This document shows, in pieces, positions 8,439-18,288 of a DNA stretch of 64,000 nt. The stretch comes from an uncultured Pelagibacteraceae bacterium. GTDB taxonomy: Bacteria; Pseudomonadota; Alphaproteobacteria; Pelagibacterales; Pelagibacteraceae. Numbering within the stretch: position 1 is the first letter of the stretch; the number at the start of each line of letters is the position of its first letter. The notes under the pieces were generated by a model. It searched no databases, was not told the origin of the DNA, and saw only the letters and a program-made list of their open reading frames with translations. The position numbers were made by a program, and so were the translations under genes. The stretch is taken from the NCBI GenBank assembly GCA_902588635.1, contig CACIPW010000002.1, positions 28,306 to 92,305 of the forward strand, read 5' to 3'.

Positions 8439-9869
8439 ATGGAACAAATAAATATATTAAGTCAATCATCAGCAATTCTATTAATTTTAGTATTGAGTGG
8501 TATTTTTGTAATACTTGGAATTTTTTATTCAAAAAAATATCAAGGTTTGAACAATTACTTGGTAGCCAATAGATCTATAGAAACTTTTTCACTAACATCT
8601 AGTTTTGTATCATCGGCATTAGGTGCATGGATATTATTTGGTCCAGCATCAGCTGCCACATGGGGAGGAATAGGAGCGGTAATTGGATATACGTTAGGAG
8701 CTGCATTTCCATTATTTATTCTAATATATTTAGGACAAAAATTTAGAAAATTTTATCCGAAAGGAAAAACTTTAATAGAAGTTATAAGACTAAGATTCGG
8801 AAAAAAATTATTTAAATTAATTTTATTTTTGTCAATTTTTTATATGACAATTTTTTTAATAGCAGAAGTTACTGCTGTATCAATTTTAGTGAAATATATT
8901 TCAGGAACAGATCTGTGGATTACAGCTTTAGTTATTATTATAAGCTCACTCATTTATACCTTGTATGGTGGATTAAGAGCTTCAATTTTTACAGACAATA
9001 TTCAATTTGTTGTTTTTGGTTTACTGTTATTAGTTGGATTTTCATATCTTATTTCATTTAATTCAAATGAATTTAATTTTGAATTTATAAATTTAAATAA
9101 ACCACACTTGTTAAGCTCAGGTTATATGCCAAATTTTACAGCTGGGTTAACTTTTTTTATTGCAGTTGCAGCAACAAATTTATTTCATCAAGGAAACTGG
9201 CAGAGAGTTTATGCTGCAAAAAACAACAAAGTGCTCAAAAATAGCCTAATTATTTCATTTATAATCATTATACCAATTGTTTTTATTATGGGATTTAGTG
9301 GATTAATTGCGATATCTCAAAACAATAATGTTTTTCCAGATCTTGCTTTTTTTTCTCTATTACTAAAAGAACAGACATTTACTTTGTCTATAATTATTTT
9401 GGTTCTTGCTATTTCTTTAACTGCAAGCAGTATTGATACATTAATTAATGCCATATCAAGTTTGATTATTGTTGATGTGAACAAGGTTGTTAAATTTAAA
9501 GGTAATTATTTAAATGCATCAAAACAAATTATAATTTTTTTATCTTTAATTGCTTTTTTTGTTGCATCTAAAGGATTAAGTATTTTATATTTGTTTTTGT
9601 TGGCAGATTTATTTTGTTGTTCTGCAGTATTGACAGTTTTTTATAGTTTTTATGATAAGAGCATTAATGAAAAAAATGCATATCTATCAATCATTATTGG
9701 TTTAACCGTTGGTTTGCTATTGTTTCCAAGTCCAGATTTTTCAAGATCTATTTTAATTGGTATTTTGCTACCCATGGATTTTTTCCCATTATTTATAACA
9801 AATTCATTGTTATTTATATCGTTTATTTCAGCTACTTTTTTTCCATTACTTGCTTGGAAAATAAAATAA
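8439..9869 (+). CDS. thiV: Sodium:solute symporter, ThiV-like thiamine/pyrimidine-precursor transporter
   Basis: SSS-family motifs (YTLYGGLRASIFTD, WQRVYAAK), about 13 TM segments, preceded by a THI-box. Confidence 0.8.
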   Translation: MEQINILSQSSAILLILVLSGIFVILGIFYSKKYQGLNNYLVANRSIETFSLTSSFVSSALGAWILFGPASAATWGGIGAVIGYTLGAAFPLFILIYLGQKFRKFYPKGKTLIEVIRLRFGKKLFKLILFLSIFYMTIFLIAEVTAVSILVKYISGTDLWITALVIIISSLIYTLYGGLRASIFTDNIQFVVFGLLLLVGFSYLISFNSNEFNFEFINLNKPHLLSSGYMPNFTAGLTFFIAVAATNLFHQGNWQRVYAAKNNKVLKNSLIISFIIIIPIVFIMGFSGLIAISQNNNVFPDLAFFSLLLKEQTFTLSIIILVLAISLTASSIDTLINAISSLIIVDVNKVVKFKGNYLNASKQIIIFLSLIAFFVASKGLSILYLFLLADLFCCSAVLTVFYSFYDKSINEKNAYLSIIIGLTVGLLLFPSPDFSRSILIGILLPMDFFPLFITNSLLFISFISATFFPLLAWKIK

Positions 9870-9889
9870 AATGATTAGAATCATTTATT

Positions 9890-10999
9890 ATGATTAATTA
9901 TATATTACCTTTTATAGTTTTAATACTGGTTGTAGTTTTTATTCATGAATATGGACACTATTATTTTGCTAAAAAATATGGAGTTGGTGTAACAGATTTT
10001 TCTATTGGATTTGGTAAAGAAATATTTGGTTGGAACGATAAATCTGGCACACGATGGAAAATTTGCTGGATCCCTTTGGGCGGATATGTAAAATTTTTTG
10101 GTGATAGAAATGTTTTTAGTCAAGCTGATCAGGAAAAAATTATAAACAAATACAATATAGAAGATCAAAAAAAATTATTTGTCCTTAAACCTTTATACCA
10201 AAGATCCTTAATTGTTGCTGCTGGCCCAATTGCAAATTATATACTAGCTATTTTTATCTTTTTTTCTATTTACACTTTTGTTGGAAAAGATTTTACACCA
10301 GCTGTAATAAATGAAGTTCAAAAAGAAAGTCCTGCTATGACAGCTGGTTTAAAAAAAAATGATATAATTTTATCTATTGATGGTTACGAAGTAAAAAGCA
10401 TTATGGAAGTTTCTAAATTTATAACTATGTCAACAAATGAATATATTGACTTTACGGTTTCTAGATCAAGCCAAAAACTTTCTTTTAAAGTAAAACCTAA
10501 CATGGTTTTAACAGAAGATAATTTAGGAAATAAAATTAACAAAAGAATGGTAGGAATTCAACTTGGTGCTTTTAATAACGAAGTTAATCATGTTAAATTA
10601 GGTCCTGTTAAATCACTTTATTATGCTGTAAATGAAGTTTATTTTGTAAGTATTTCTTCACTTAAATATTTGGGGAGCCTGATAAGAGGTAAAGGCGACA
10701 CTTCTCAATTGGGTGGTCCAATTCGAATTGCAAAAATTACTGGCCAAGTTGCTGAATTTGGAATTTTACCTTTCTTAAGTATAATGGCTTATATTTCTGT
10801 TAGTTTAGGACTTATAAATCTTTTTCCAATACCATTACTAGATGGTGGGCATTTAATGTTTTACACTTTTGAAAAAATTTTAGGAAAACCATTAAGCCAA
10901 AGAACACAAGAAGGTTTTTTTCGAATCGGAATGTTTTTACTGTTATCTTTGATGTTTTTTACAACCTTTAATGACTTAAAAGATTTAGGTTTGTTTTAG
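9890..10999 (+). CDS. rseP: RIP metalloprotease RseP
   Basis: HEYGH, FSIGFG, PLGGYVK, PDZ domain, NLFPIPLLDGG. Confidence 0.95.
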   Translation: MINYILPFIVLILVVVFIHEYGHYYFAKKYGVGVTDFSIGFGKEIFGWNDKSGTRWKICWIPLGGYVKFFGDRNVFSQADQEKIINKYNIEDQKKLFVLKPLYQRSLIVAAGPIANYILAIFIFFSIYTFVGKDFTPAVINEVQKESPAMTAGLKKNDIILSIDGYEVKSIMEVSKFITMSTNEYIDFTVSRSSQKLSFKVKPNMVLTEDNLGNKINKRMVGIQLGAFNNEVNHVKLGPVKSLYYAVNEVYFVSISSLKYLGSLIRGKGDTSQLGGPIRIAKITGQVAEFGILPFLSIMAYISVSLGLINLFPIPLLDGGHLMFYTFEKILGKPLSQRTQEGFFRIGMFLLLSLMFFTTFNDLKDLGLF

Positions 11000-11160
11000 T
11001 ATTTATAACTTATCAACATTTAAAAAACCCTTTAAAATCAACAATTATTAATAAAATAACTATATATTGTGCTTTCTCTCAATATGGACACTAAAAAAAA
11101 GCTTGATTTATAAGGGATTATAGCAAATAAGTTAAATAACCTTTAAAACCGGAGCTAAAA

Positions 11161-11436
11161 ATGAACAAGAAACAATTAATAGCTAAATTATCTGCTTCAC
11201 TTAATCAAAGTAAAGCTGATGCTGAGCGTACTTTTGATACTATTACCAACACTATATTGGATGCTTTAAAAGCAGACGATTCAGTGAAAATTGCTGGTTT
11301 TGGTACTTATAAAGTAGCTAAAAGAAAGGCTCGAATTGGACGAAATCCTAGAACAGGTGAACAAATTCAAATCGCAGCTTCTCAAAAAGTTAAATTTTTA
11401 CCTGCAAAAGCACTTAAAGAAGTATTTAACAAATAA
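11161..11436 (+). CDS. hup: DNA-binding protein HU
   Basis: MNKKQLI, GFGTY, ARIGRNPRTGE. Confidence 0.93.
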   Translation: MNKKQLIAKLSASLNQSKADAERTFDTITNTILDALKADDSVKIAGFGTYKVAKRKARIGRNPRTGEQIQIAASQKVKFLPAKALKEVFNK

Positions 11437-11448
11437 GCAAAATAAAAT

Positions 11449-11484
11449 AACAGCCTTTGTGTAAATTTACATAAAGGCTGTTTG
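11449..11484 (+). terminator. Intrinsic terminator hairpin, probably bidirectional
   Basis: AACAGCCTTTGTGTAA...TTACATAAAGGCTGTT inverted repeat between convergent genes. Confidence 0.8.
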
Positions 11485-11537
11485 TGTATGCGAATTTTGA
11501 ATCTCTATTTTTCTTTATTAAACAAGGGTTTTAGATT

Positions 11538-12527
11538 TTATTCACTTTCTTTCCATAATTTTTTGTAATCTATAAACGGTGACAAACCATAGCTCGAATT
11601 AACATTTGTAAAATGAACTGATAAGCTTTTTAATGGAGAGACGCAAATTTCCTTTTGATAAAGCTCATTTATGTATTTTTCAAACGGATCATGTCTGTCT
11701 AGACAATTTTTATGAAAATTATCCCAATATTTTTCAATAAATTGCTTACATGTCATAAAAGTACATAAAGTCTTACCAACTGTTCGCCAGTGTCTTTTGT
11801 TGCCTATTAAAACGTTAGTTTTTTGATTGTTCATATATAAATAAGGATAGTCACTTGGGCACATAAAAATATCTTTACTTATTTGAGAGGATATTCTTTC
11901 ATATGAAGCTATCATTTCTTCCATCATTGGCTCAAAGTGTAGATAATCATCTTCAACGAAAAAAACTAAATCTTCCGTGTTTTCTTTGGCAATTTCAAAA
12001 CAATAAAGCAAACTTGCAAGATTTGAAAATGTTTGTTCATTTTTTTGACTTTTGATAACTTTTTTGTAGTTGTCATGATTTAAATTTTTAATATCTATTT
12101 TAAGACCAGTATTTTTTGTGAGGTTTTTAATTTTATTTAAATTTTCATCTTTTGAACTGTCATCAATTATTATTAGATTAATTTTAATAGAAGGATATTT
12201 TTCCTTACAAAATTTAATTGATTTAATAAGCGAGTTTAGTGATCTTAAAGTGTATTCAACTTTTGGTTTTTCGAATAATCTTTTTTTATTCTGATCCCAT
12301 ATTTCTACATTGCTATTGGTTCTAAACAAGATAAGTACGGATGTAATTTTTCTAGAAATTTTTACTTCACCCAAGGGGAGAACAATGGATTTATCATTTA
12401 ATATTGACAAATCTTGGTTAAGCTCTTTATCAAGTGTTGGTGATGTAAAATCATTTTGGTCAATTATTTCATAACCCATAATTTTAGATAGTTTAATAAA
12501 TAATTTTTTTATGATGCTTTTTCTCAT
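11538..12527 (-). CDS. Glycosyltransferase-like protein (GT-A fold)
   Basis: IIIDDSS and FFVEDDYLH (DxD-like) motifs. Confidence 0.7.
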   Translation of the reverse strand: MRKSIIKKLFIKLSKIMGYEIIDQNDFTSPTLDKELNQDLSILNDKSIVLPLGEVKISRKITSVLILFRTNSNVEIWDQNKKRLFEKPKVEYTLRSLNSLIKSIKFCKEKYPSIKINLIIIDDSSKDENLNKIKNLTKNTGLKIDIKNLNHDNYKKVIKSQKNEQTFSNLASLLYCFEIAKENTEDLVFFVEDDYLHFEPMMEEMIASYERISSQISKDIFMCPSDYPYLYMNNQKTNVLIGNKRHWRTVGKTLCTFMTCKQFIEKYWDNFHKNCLDRHDPFEKYINELYQKEICVSPLKSLSVHFTNVNSSYGLSPFIDYKKLWKESE

Positions 12528-12559
12528 TATATTGTTTATGATATATTATTTACAATATT

Positions 12560-12943
12560 ATGACTATTAAATCATCACAAACTCTAGTTGCAGAAGCTTT
12601 AAAAGTGGTAAAAACCATTTCTCCAGAAGAAGCATTGAAACTAACTGGCGAAAATAAATGTAATTTAATTGATATTAGAGATGCAGTTGAGCTTCAGAGA
12701 GAGGGAAGGATAGAAAACTCTTTCCATATATCAAGAGGGTTATTAGAATTTTCTATTCATCCGAAAAGCGCTTACTCGCAAAAAGAAAAATTGGATCTCA
12801 ATAAAGAAATGGTATTATTTTGTGCGGCAGGAGGAAGATCTGCGTTAGCAGCAAAAACACTTAATGAAATGGGTTTTGAAAAAGTCTCACATGTTGAAGG
12901 AGGTTTTGGAGCGATGAAAAATAGTGGCTTTAAAATTTCTTAG
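12560..12943 (+). CDS. Single-domain rhodanese/sulfurtransferase
   Basis: LIDIRD, RGLLEF, active-site loop FCAAGGRS, VEGGF. Confidence 0.9.
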   Translation: MTIKSSQTLVAEALKVVKTISPEEALKLTGENKCNLIDIRDAVELQREGRIENSFHISRGLLEFSIHPKSAYSQKEKLDLNKEMVLFCAAGGRSALAAKTLNEMGFEKVSHVEGGFGAMKNSGFKIS

Positions 12944-13413
12944 TCATAAAGACTAATTTTTTTTGCATAAAATATTTTAAAGATCCAGTAGAAAAAAATT
13001 CCTAGAGGACCCACAAAATAAGTAATTAATAACGGAAAAAATATTAATGCTTTTGGCATGTTAAATTTTTGATAATCATTAACCATCCAAGCAGCACAAA
13101 ATAAGTTTAATGCTAAAAAATGTATCCAAAATAAAATTAAAAAGTAACTGTTTTCAAAAAGATTTAATAGATTTGCAAAACTCACGTATAAACTAAAGTT
13201 TTTTAAAAAATCATAATCATCTGTAAAAATTGTGTAAATTAAATAGCTGTAAATTAAACTAAAGATAATTATTGGGAATATTGATGTGGTAAATATTTTA
13301 CATATTCTTGATTTAGGAAAAAAAATTAAAATGAACCAGAAAGGTAAAACACCAAAGTTTAACCACAAATAGATCATTTCTATAGAAAAGTAAGTATAAA
13401 TTTGTTCGATCAT
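12940..13413 (-). CDS. ABA4-like (DUF4281) membrane protein
   Basis: VLPFW.ILIF.P, WIHFLALNLF...W, GPLG motifs. Confidence 0.75.
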   Translation of the reverse strand: MIEQIYTYFSIEMIYLWLNFGVLPFWFILIFFPKSRICKIFTTSIFPIIIFSLIYSYLIYTIFTDDYDFLKNFSLYVSFANLLNLFENSYFLILFWIHFLALNLFCAAWMVNDYQKFNMPKALIFFPLLITYFVGPLGIFFYWIFKIFYAKKISLYD

Positions 13414-13441
13414 AAAAAAATATATTATATTAGAACATACT

Positions 13442-14005
13442 ATGATTCCTATAAAAAATAGAAAAAAAACACTAGAAGCAACAGTGGAAGAGATGAGAAA
13501 TTTCTCATTTTCTTATTTAGAAAAATTTTCACCCTCAAAACAACAGCTAAAAACATACTTATTAAAAAAATATTTAAAATCTTCAAACCCTAAAAACAAA
13601 AAACAAGACCTAGTTCATTTAATAGATGCAGTCTTATTAGATTTAGAAAAAACAAAATTTATAAGTGATAAATTTTACTCTGAGACAAAGGCAAAAAACC
13701 TAATTCAAAAAGGTAGCTCTATCAATAAAATTAGGAACTACCTAATTTCTAAAGGGATAAACAACAAATACATAAAAGAAACAATAAACAAAATTAATGA
13801 AAATAATGAAAATCAAGATTTCTTTTCTGCAATAAAAATATGCAAAAAAAAGAGAATAGGACCTTCGCGACCTGATGATAATAGACCTTTATTTTATAAA
13901 AAAGATATTTCTATATTAGCTAGAAATGGTTTTGATTTTGAAACTTCAAAAAAAGTTATGGATCTTGATAAAGATGAATATTTAAAAATAGTAAATTTAT
14001 TGTGA
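13442..14005 (+). CDS. recX: RecX-family regulatory protein
   Basis: YLEKFSPSKQQLKTYL, ISDKFYSE, KGSS..KIRNYL.SKGI, LARNGF. Confidence 0.75.
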   Translation: MIPIKNRKKTLEATVEEMRNFSFSYLEKFSPSKQQLKTYLLKKYLKSSNPKNKKQDLVHLIDAVLLDLEKTKFISDKFYSETKAKNLIQKGSSINKIRNYLISKGINNKYIKETINKINENNENQDFFSAIKICKKKRIGPSRPDDNRPLFYKKDISILARNGFDFETSKKVMDLDKDEYLKIVNLL

Positions 14006-14143
14006 TTTTTTATTTTTATTCTTTTCTTCAATGTAGTATTTAATTTTGTTTTTAATATAGTTTTTAACAAATACAAAAACAACCAAACCAAAAATACTAA
14101 CAGAAACAATAATTATTAAAATAATTCTAATTCTATCGTCCAT
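13997..14143 (-). CDS. Small single-TM protein (48 aa; not in the ORF track)
   Basis: MDDRIRIILIIIVSVSIFGLVVFVFVKNYIKNKIKYYIEEKNKNKKSQ; starts 3 nt after the cysQ stop. Confidence 0.6.
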   Translation of the reverse strand: MDDRIRIILIIIVSVSIFGLVVFVFVKNYIKNKIKYYIEEKNKNKKSQ

Positions 14144-14146
14144 AAA

Positions 14147-14920
14147 TTAAAGATTTTCACTTCTTTTCAATATTAAACCTGGGTTTTTAAAATCTTTTTT
14201 TCCATAGAGTATTTCGTTGCCATCAAAATCAGAAACAATTCCTCCCGCATTTTTTAATATTGCATGTCCTGCTGCTATATCCCATTCAGATGCTCTTGGT
14301 TCTGCAACATATAAATCAAATTCGCTTGCTGCAATTACACAAAATTTTAAAGAACTTTTCATTTTTAAATGTTCAGTAACTCCAAATTTTTTATGAAGCT
14401 CGGCAATCATCGGTTTTAAATTTTGTGAGTAAGAAACGGCCTTCACTTGATTTATATCTGTTTTTTTTTCACATGTAAGTTTTATTTCTTTTTCGTCAAT
14501 TAGTTCAAAACTAGATCCAAAACCATATGTATAAAATAATCTTTTTTTTGCTGGAGCATAAATTATTCCTAGCTCTGGTTTTTTATTAATTATTAAACCT
14601 GCATTTAATGTAAATTCATCTTTATTATTAATGTAATCATGAGTTCCATCAATAGGATCAATTAACCAAAAATTAGTCATCTCGTTATTTGATTTATTAG
14701 AAGTACTTTCTTCAGAAACTATTGGTACACTAGGTGTAATATTTTTTATTTTTTCTGTTAAAATCTTATTAACTTCGATATCACCGTTAGTTACTGGTGT
14801 ATTGTCTGATTTAATCTCCTTTTTCAAGCCTGTTTGCCTAAGCTTAATTGATCTTTCTCCAGCGACAATAAATGTGTTAAGCAATTCATCGCTAATTTTT
14901 TTTAGTTGTTGCTTATCCAT
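14147..14920 (-). CDS. cysQ: 3'(2'),5'-bisphosphate nucleotidase CysQ (inositol monophosphatase family)
   Basis: KSDNTPVT.GD, VSEE, FWLIDPIDGT, SSLKFC.IA, EWDIAAGHAIL. Confidence 0.9.
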   Translation of the reverse strand: MDKQQLKKISDELLNTFIVAGERSIKLRQTGLKKEIKSDNTPVTNGDIEVNKILTEKIKNITPSVPIVSEESTSNKSNNEMTNFWLIDPIDGTHDYINNKDEFTLNAGLIINKKPELGIIYAPAKKRLFYTYGFGSSFELIDEKEIKLTCEKKTDINQVKAVSYSQNLKPMIAELHKKFGVTEHLKMKSSLKFCVIAASEFDLYVAEPRASEWDIAAGHAILKNAGGIVSDFDGNEILYGKKDFKNPGLILKRSENL

Positions 14921-15086
14921 TGCTTATTTTTTCTAATTGTATGTTATTTGAAATTATTACAATTTTACCAACGTTTTCAAAATTTACAGTAATTTTTTCA
15001 TTAATTATTGATTGAACCTGGCCAATTCCCCATTCTTTCTTTATTGGGTTAATAACTTTGTCTCCTGGTTCAAATTCTAAAATCAT
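14913..15086 (-). CDS. DUF3553-family small protein (57 aa; not in the ORF track)
   Basis: MILEFEPGDKVINPIKKEWGIGQVQSIINEKITVNFENVGK; overlaps the cysQ start. Confidence 0.8.
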   Translation of the reverse strand: MILEFEPGDKVINPIKKEWGIGQVQSIINEKITVNFENVGKIVIISNNIQLEKISNG

Positions 15087-15128
15087 TTAATTTAATTTAT
15101 AATAGAAATAAGTATAAATACCATCAAT

Positions 15129-16247
15129 ATGACATTAAAACTTAATTCTATTGGATTAAATAAAAACCCTAAAGATACGACAGTGGTTGTTGCTATGTCA
15201 GGCGGCGTGGATTCTTCAACAGTTGCAGGCATGATGAGACAAGAGGGTTACAATGTAATAGGTATAACATTAAAATTATACGACAATAACAAAGAGGTTG
15301 CACACTCAAAGCAATGCTGTTCGGGTCAAGATGTGATGGACGCAAAAAGAGTTGCGGATAAATTAAACATAGAACACAAAGTTTTATTTTATCAAAGTAA
15401 ATTTAAAGAAGGAGTGGTAGATAACTTTGTTGAAAGTTATCTTAAGGGGGAAACGCCAATTCCATGTATTCAGTGTAATAAAACTGTAAAATTTAATGAT
15501 TTATTTAAAGAATCAAAAAAACTAAATGCAGATGCTTTAATTACTGGTCATTATGTGAAAAGTATTACCAAAAACAATGTTACAAACATGTATAGAGCAA
15601 TTGATGAAAATCGTGATCAAAGTTATTTTTTGTTTAACACAACTAGAGACCAGTTAAATTATTTGAGATTCCCTTTAGGGAGTATTTTGAAATCTGAAAC
15701 TAGAGAATTAGCTAAAAAACTAAATTTAAACGTTGCAGATAAACCAGATAGTCAAGATATATGTTTTGTTCCAAATGGTGACTATGTATCAGTAATTGAA
15801 AAAATTAGACCAGATGCTTTTAAAAAAGGAAATATAAAAAATGCAGGCGGCAAAGTTATTGGTGTTCACGATGGTATTGTAAATTTTACTATTGGACAAA
15901 GAAAAGGAATAAAAGTAGCTGCAAAGGATCCACTTTATGTTGTTGAAATTAATGCAGAAAAAAATGAAATTATTGTTGGATCTAAGAAACAACTTTTAAA
16001 AAATCAAATTAAACTAAAAAATTTAAATTTACTGTCTGACAGTAAGGAATTTGAAAACGAAATTTTAGTCAAAGTCAGATCCACAGGAAAACTATTGAAA
16101 TCAAAAATAAAAATTAAAAACCGTAATGATGCAACTCTATCTCTCCAAGAAGACGAATATGGAATTTCCCCAGGACAAGCTTGTGTCTTTTACTCTAAAG
16201 ATCAGTATGGTTATAAAGTTCTTGGTGGTGGGTGGATAAAAAAATAA
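15129..16247 (+). CDS. mnmA: tRNA 2-thiouridylase
   Basis: [50 protein letters not shown]. Confidence 0.97.
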   Translation: MTLKLNSIGLNKNPKDTTVVVAMSGGVDSSTVAGMMRQEGYNVIGITLKLYDNNKEVAHSKQCCSGQDVMDAKRVADKLNIEHKVLFYQSKFKEGVVDNFVESYLKGETPIPCIQCNKTVKFNDLFKESKKLNADALITGHYVKSITKNNVTNMYRAIDENRDQSYFLFNTTRDQLNYLRFPLGSILKSETRELAKKLNLNVADKPDSQDICFVPNGDYVSVIEKIRPDAFKKGNIKNAGGKVIGVHDGIVNFTIGQRKGIKVAAKDPLYVVEINAEKNEIIVGSKKQLLKNQIKLKNLNLLSDSKEFENEILVKVRSTGKLLKSKIKIKNRNDATLSLQEDEYGISPGQACVFYSKDQYGYKVLGGGWIKK

Positions 16248-16940
16248 TTAATTTTTAATATTTTTCCACATAAAAAAGGTTAACAAATAGAAAGCAATAA
16301 CTCCTAAAAAATAATCCCATTCTAAAGCATGTTTTAAATGTGTATTACCCGGCATACTAATTAATGGAATACTAATTATTGCTACTATTATTAATAGAGA
16401 AACCAAAATTAGCTTAGTTTTAAGAATTTTTTCATTGATAAATTTAAATATTTTTTCTTTTAATGAGTAAATAGTAATTACCAAATAAAATTGTGCTGTT
16501 ATTTCAAAAATTATAAAAGATAGTAAAATAACTCTTCTAAATAATTTGTATAAATCATTGTCAAACTTTATTCCTAGAAATATTGAATGTAGAATTAAAA
16601 ATACTGCTGAACTTACGCCAAAAAAAACAAATATTTTTATATTTTTGTGGTTTGTCTCAAAAGAGTTAATTATTTTTTTATTATAAAACCAATATTTAAT
16701 TAATAAAAAGGATGTAAATATCATTAAAGGTTTAAAAATTAAATAAGTTGGAAAAACCCTTGCAGTCCTACTAATAGACGCTCCACCATCAATATAAGGA
16801 AAAGTATTATGTATTACATGAGCAGGGTCAGGAAAAAGTCCGTGAAATTGAGTGATTAAAATTAGACAGGTATTAACTGCTATAAAAGGAATTATGAAAA
16901 TCCAAATACTTATAGATTTAGCTTTTGCTATACTTTTCAT
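16248..16940 (-). CDS. Multi-pass membrane protein of unknown function
   Basis: About 6 hydrophobic segments; PYIDGGASISRTAR and LEW motifs. Confidence 0.75.
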   Translation of the reverse strand: MKSIAKAKSISIWIFIIPFIAVNTCLILITQFHGLFPDPAHVIHNTFPYIDGGASISRTARVFPTYLIFKPLMIFTSFLLIKYWFYNKKIINSFETNHKNIKIFVFFGVSSAVFLILHSIFLGIKFDNDLYKLFRRVILLSFIIFEITAQFYLVITIYSLKEKIFKFINEKILKTKLILVSLLIIVAIISIPLISMPGNTHLKHALEWDYFLGVIAFYLLTFFMWKNIKN

Positions 16941-16953
16941 TAACTAAAAAAGA

Positions 16954-17037
16954 TTATTTTTTCTTATTTTTTTTTCTTGCTCTTCTTTTCTTAGAGCCCA
17001 TTTTTCTTCGGCCTCTGTGTTTTTTTGGATATCCCAT
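16954..17037 (-). CDS. Tiny Lys/Arg-rich peptide (27 aa; not in the ORF track)
   Basis: MGYPKKHRGRRKMGSKKRRARKKNKKK, with GAGG 5 nt upstream of the ATG. Confidence 0.6.
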   Translation of the reverse strand: MGYPKKHRGRRKMGSKKRRARKKNKKK

Positions 17038-17112
17038 AATTGCCTCAATTTTATAATTTTATTGACTTATTTGCTGGATATAGCATTGTCATAAATACAT
17101 ATCAATTTTTTT

Positions 17113-18288
17113 ATGGCTAAATCTTTTAGGACTTTTTTAAAACATACTGCAAAAGATTATTATAATCAGTCTGTAAACCCTCCTGTTGTTAGGGCTTCGA
17201 CCATTATATTCAAATCAATGAATGAACTTCGAAAAACACAGTCTAAAGGTAAAAAGAATCCTATTGGAGGCCATTTTGACTATGGAAGGCAAGGAACCTC
17301 AACAACATTTATTTTGCAACAAATGTTAAGAGAGATGGAAGAATGTCATCATGTATTCTTAACTCCAACTGGATTTGGCTCAGTTTTTCTATCTATTTTT
17401 AGCGTTGTAAGACCAGGAGATGAAATTCTTGTAGCTGATCCAGTTTATTACCCCACAAGACTCTTAACTGAAGATTTTCTTAAGTCATTTAATATTAAAA
17501 CAATTTTTTATGATCCTTATAATTTGAACAGTTTAAAAAAAAAAATTACAAAAAAAACAAAATTGATTTATGTTGAAAGTCCAGGAAGTAACTCATTTGA
17601 TTTTCAAGATTTATCAAAAATAATTTCAATTGCAAAAAAATATAAATTATTTACTGCAATTGATAATACTTGGGCCACACCGTACTTTTTAAAACCTATT
17701 AAGTTAGGATTTGATATGTCTATTGTATCAGCAACAAAATATTACTCAGGTCACTCTGATGTAATGGGTGGAAGTTTAGCTGTTAATAAAAAGGTTTTTA
17801 AATATGTAGAAAAGGCGAACAAAATAACAGGTTTAAGATTAGGACCTGATGATGCTTATCTTATAATAAGAGGATTAAGAACACTTGACGTTCGTTTAGA
17901 CAAACATCAAGAAAATGCAAAAAAAGTTGCAACTTTTTTATCTAAAAATAAAAAAGTAAAACTTTTATACCCTTTTAAAAAAGGTTCATACAATTACAAA
18001 ATGTGGAAAAAATATTATTCAGGAGCAACTGGCTTAATGGGACTTAGGATTAAAGCGAAAAGCAAAAAATCAGTTACTAAATTTGTAAATTCATTAAAAC
18101 TTTTTGGATATGGGTATAGCTGGGGCGGATTTGAAAGCCTTGCTTTGCAACAAGAATTTAGGGAGTTAGGAAATAGAAAATTTTTACATTTACCAAAAGA
18201 TGAGCATCTAGTTAGATTACATATAGGCCTTGAAGATCCTAAAGATTTAATAGCAGATTTAAAAAGATCTTTAAGATTTATTAAATGA
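17113..18288 (+). CDS. metC: Cystathionine beta-lyase (PLP-dependent)
   Basis: VNPPVVRAST, YGRQG, ESPGS, DNTWA, SATKYYSGHSD, GYSWGGFESL, RLHIGLED. Confidence 0.9.
   Translation: MAKSFRTFLKHTAKDYYNQSVNPPVVRASTIIFKSMNELRKTQSKGKKNPIGGHFDYGRQGTSTTFILQQMLREMEECHHVFLTPTGFGSVFLSIFSVVRPGDEILVADPVYYPTRLLTEDFLKSFNIKTIFYDPYNLNSLKKKITKKTKLIYVESPGSNSFDFQDLSKIISIAKKYKLFTAIDNTWATPYFLKPIKLGFDMSIVSATKYYSGHSDVMGGSLAVNKKVFKYVEKANKITGLRLGPDDAYLIIRGLRTLDVRLDKHQENAKKVATFLSKNKKVKLLYPFKKGSYNYKMWKKYYSGATGLMGLRIKAKSKKSVTKFVNSLKLFGYGYSWGGFESLALQQEFRELGNRKFLHLPKDEHLVRLHIGLEDPKDLIADLKRSLRFIK

Noticed and set aside
17040-17112. SAM-type riboswitch upstream of metC
   Set aside because: The short AT-rich spacer has no recognisable SAM-II/SAM-V pseudoknot and is better explained as divergent promoters.
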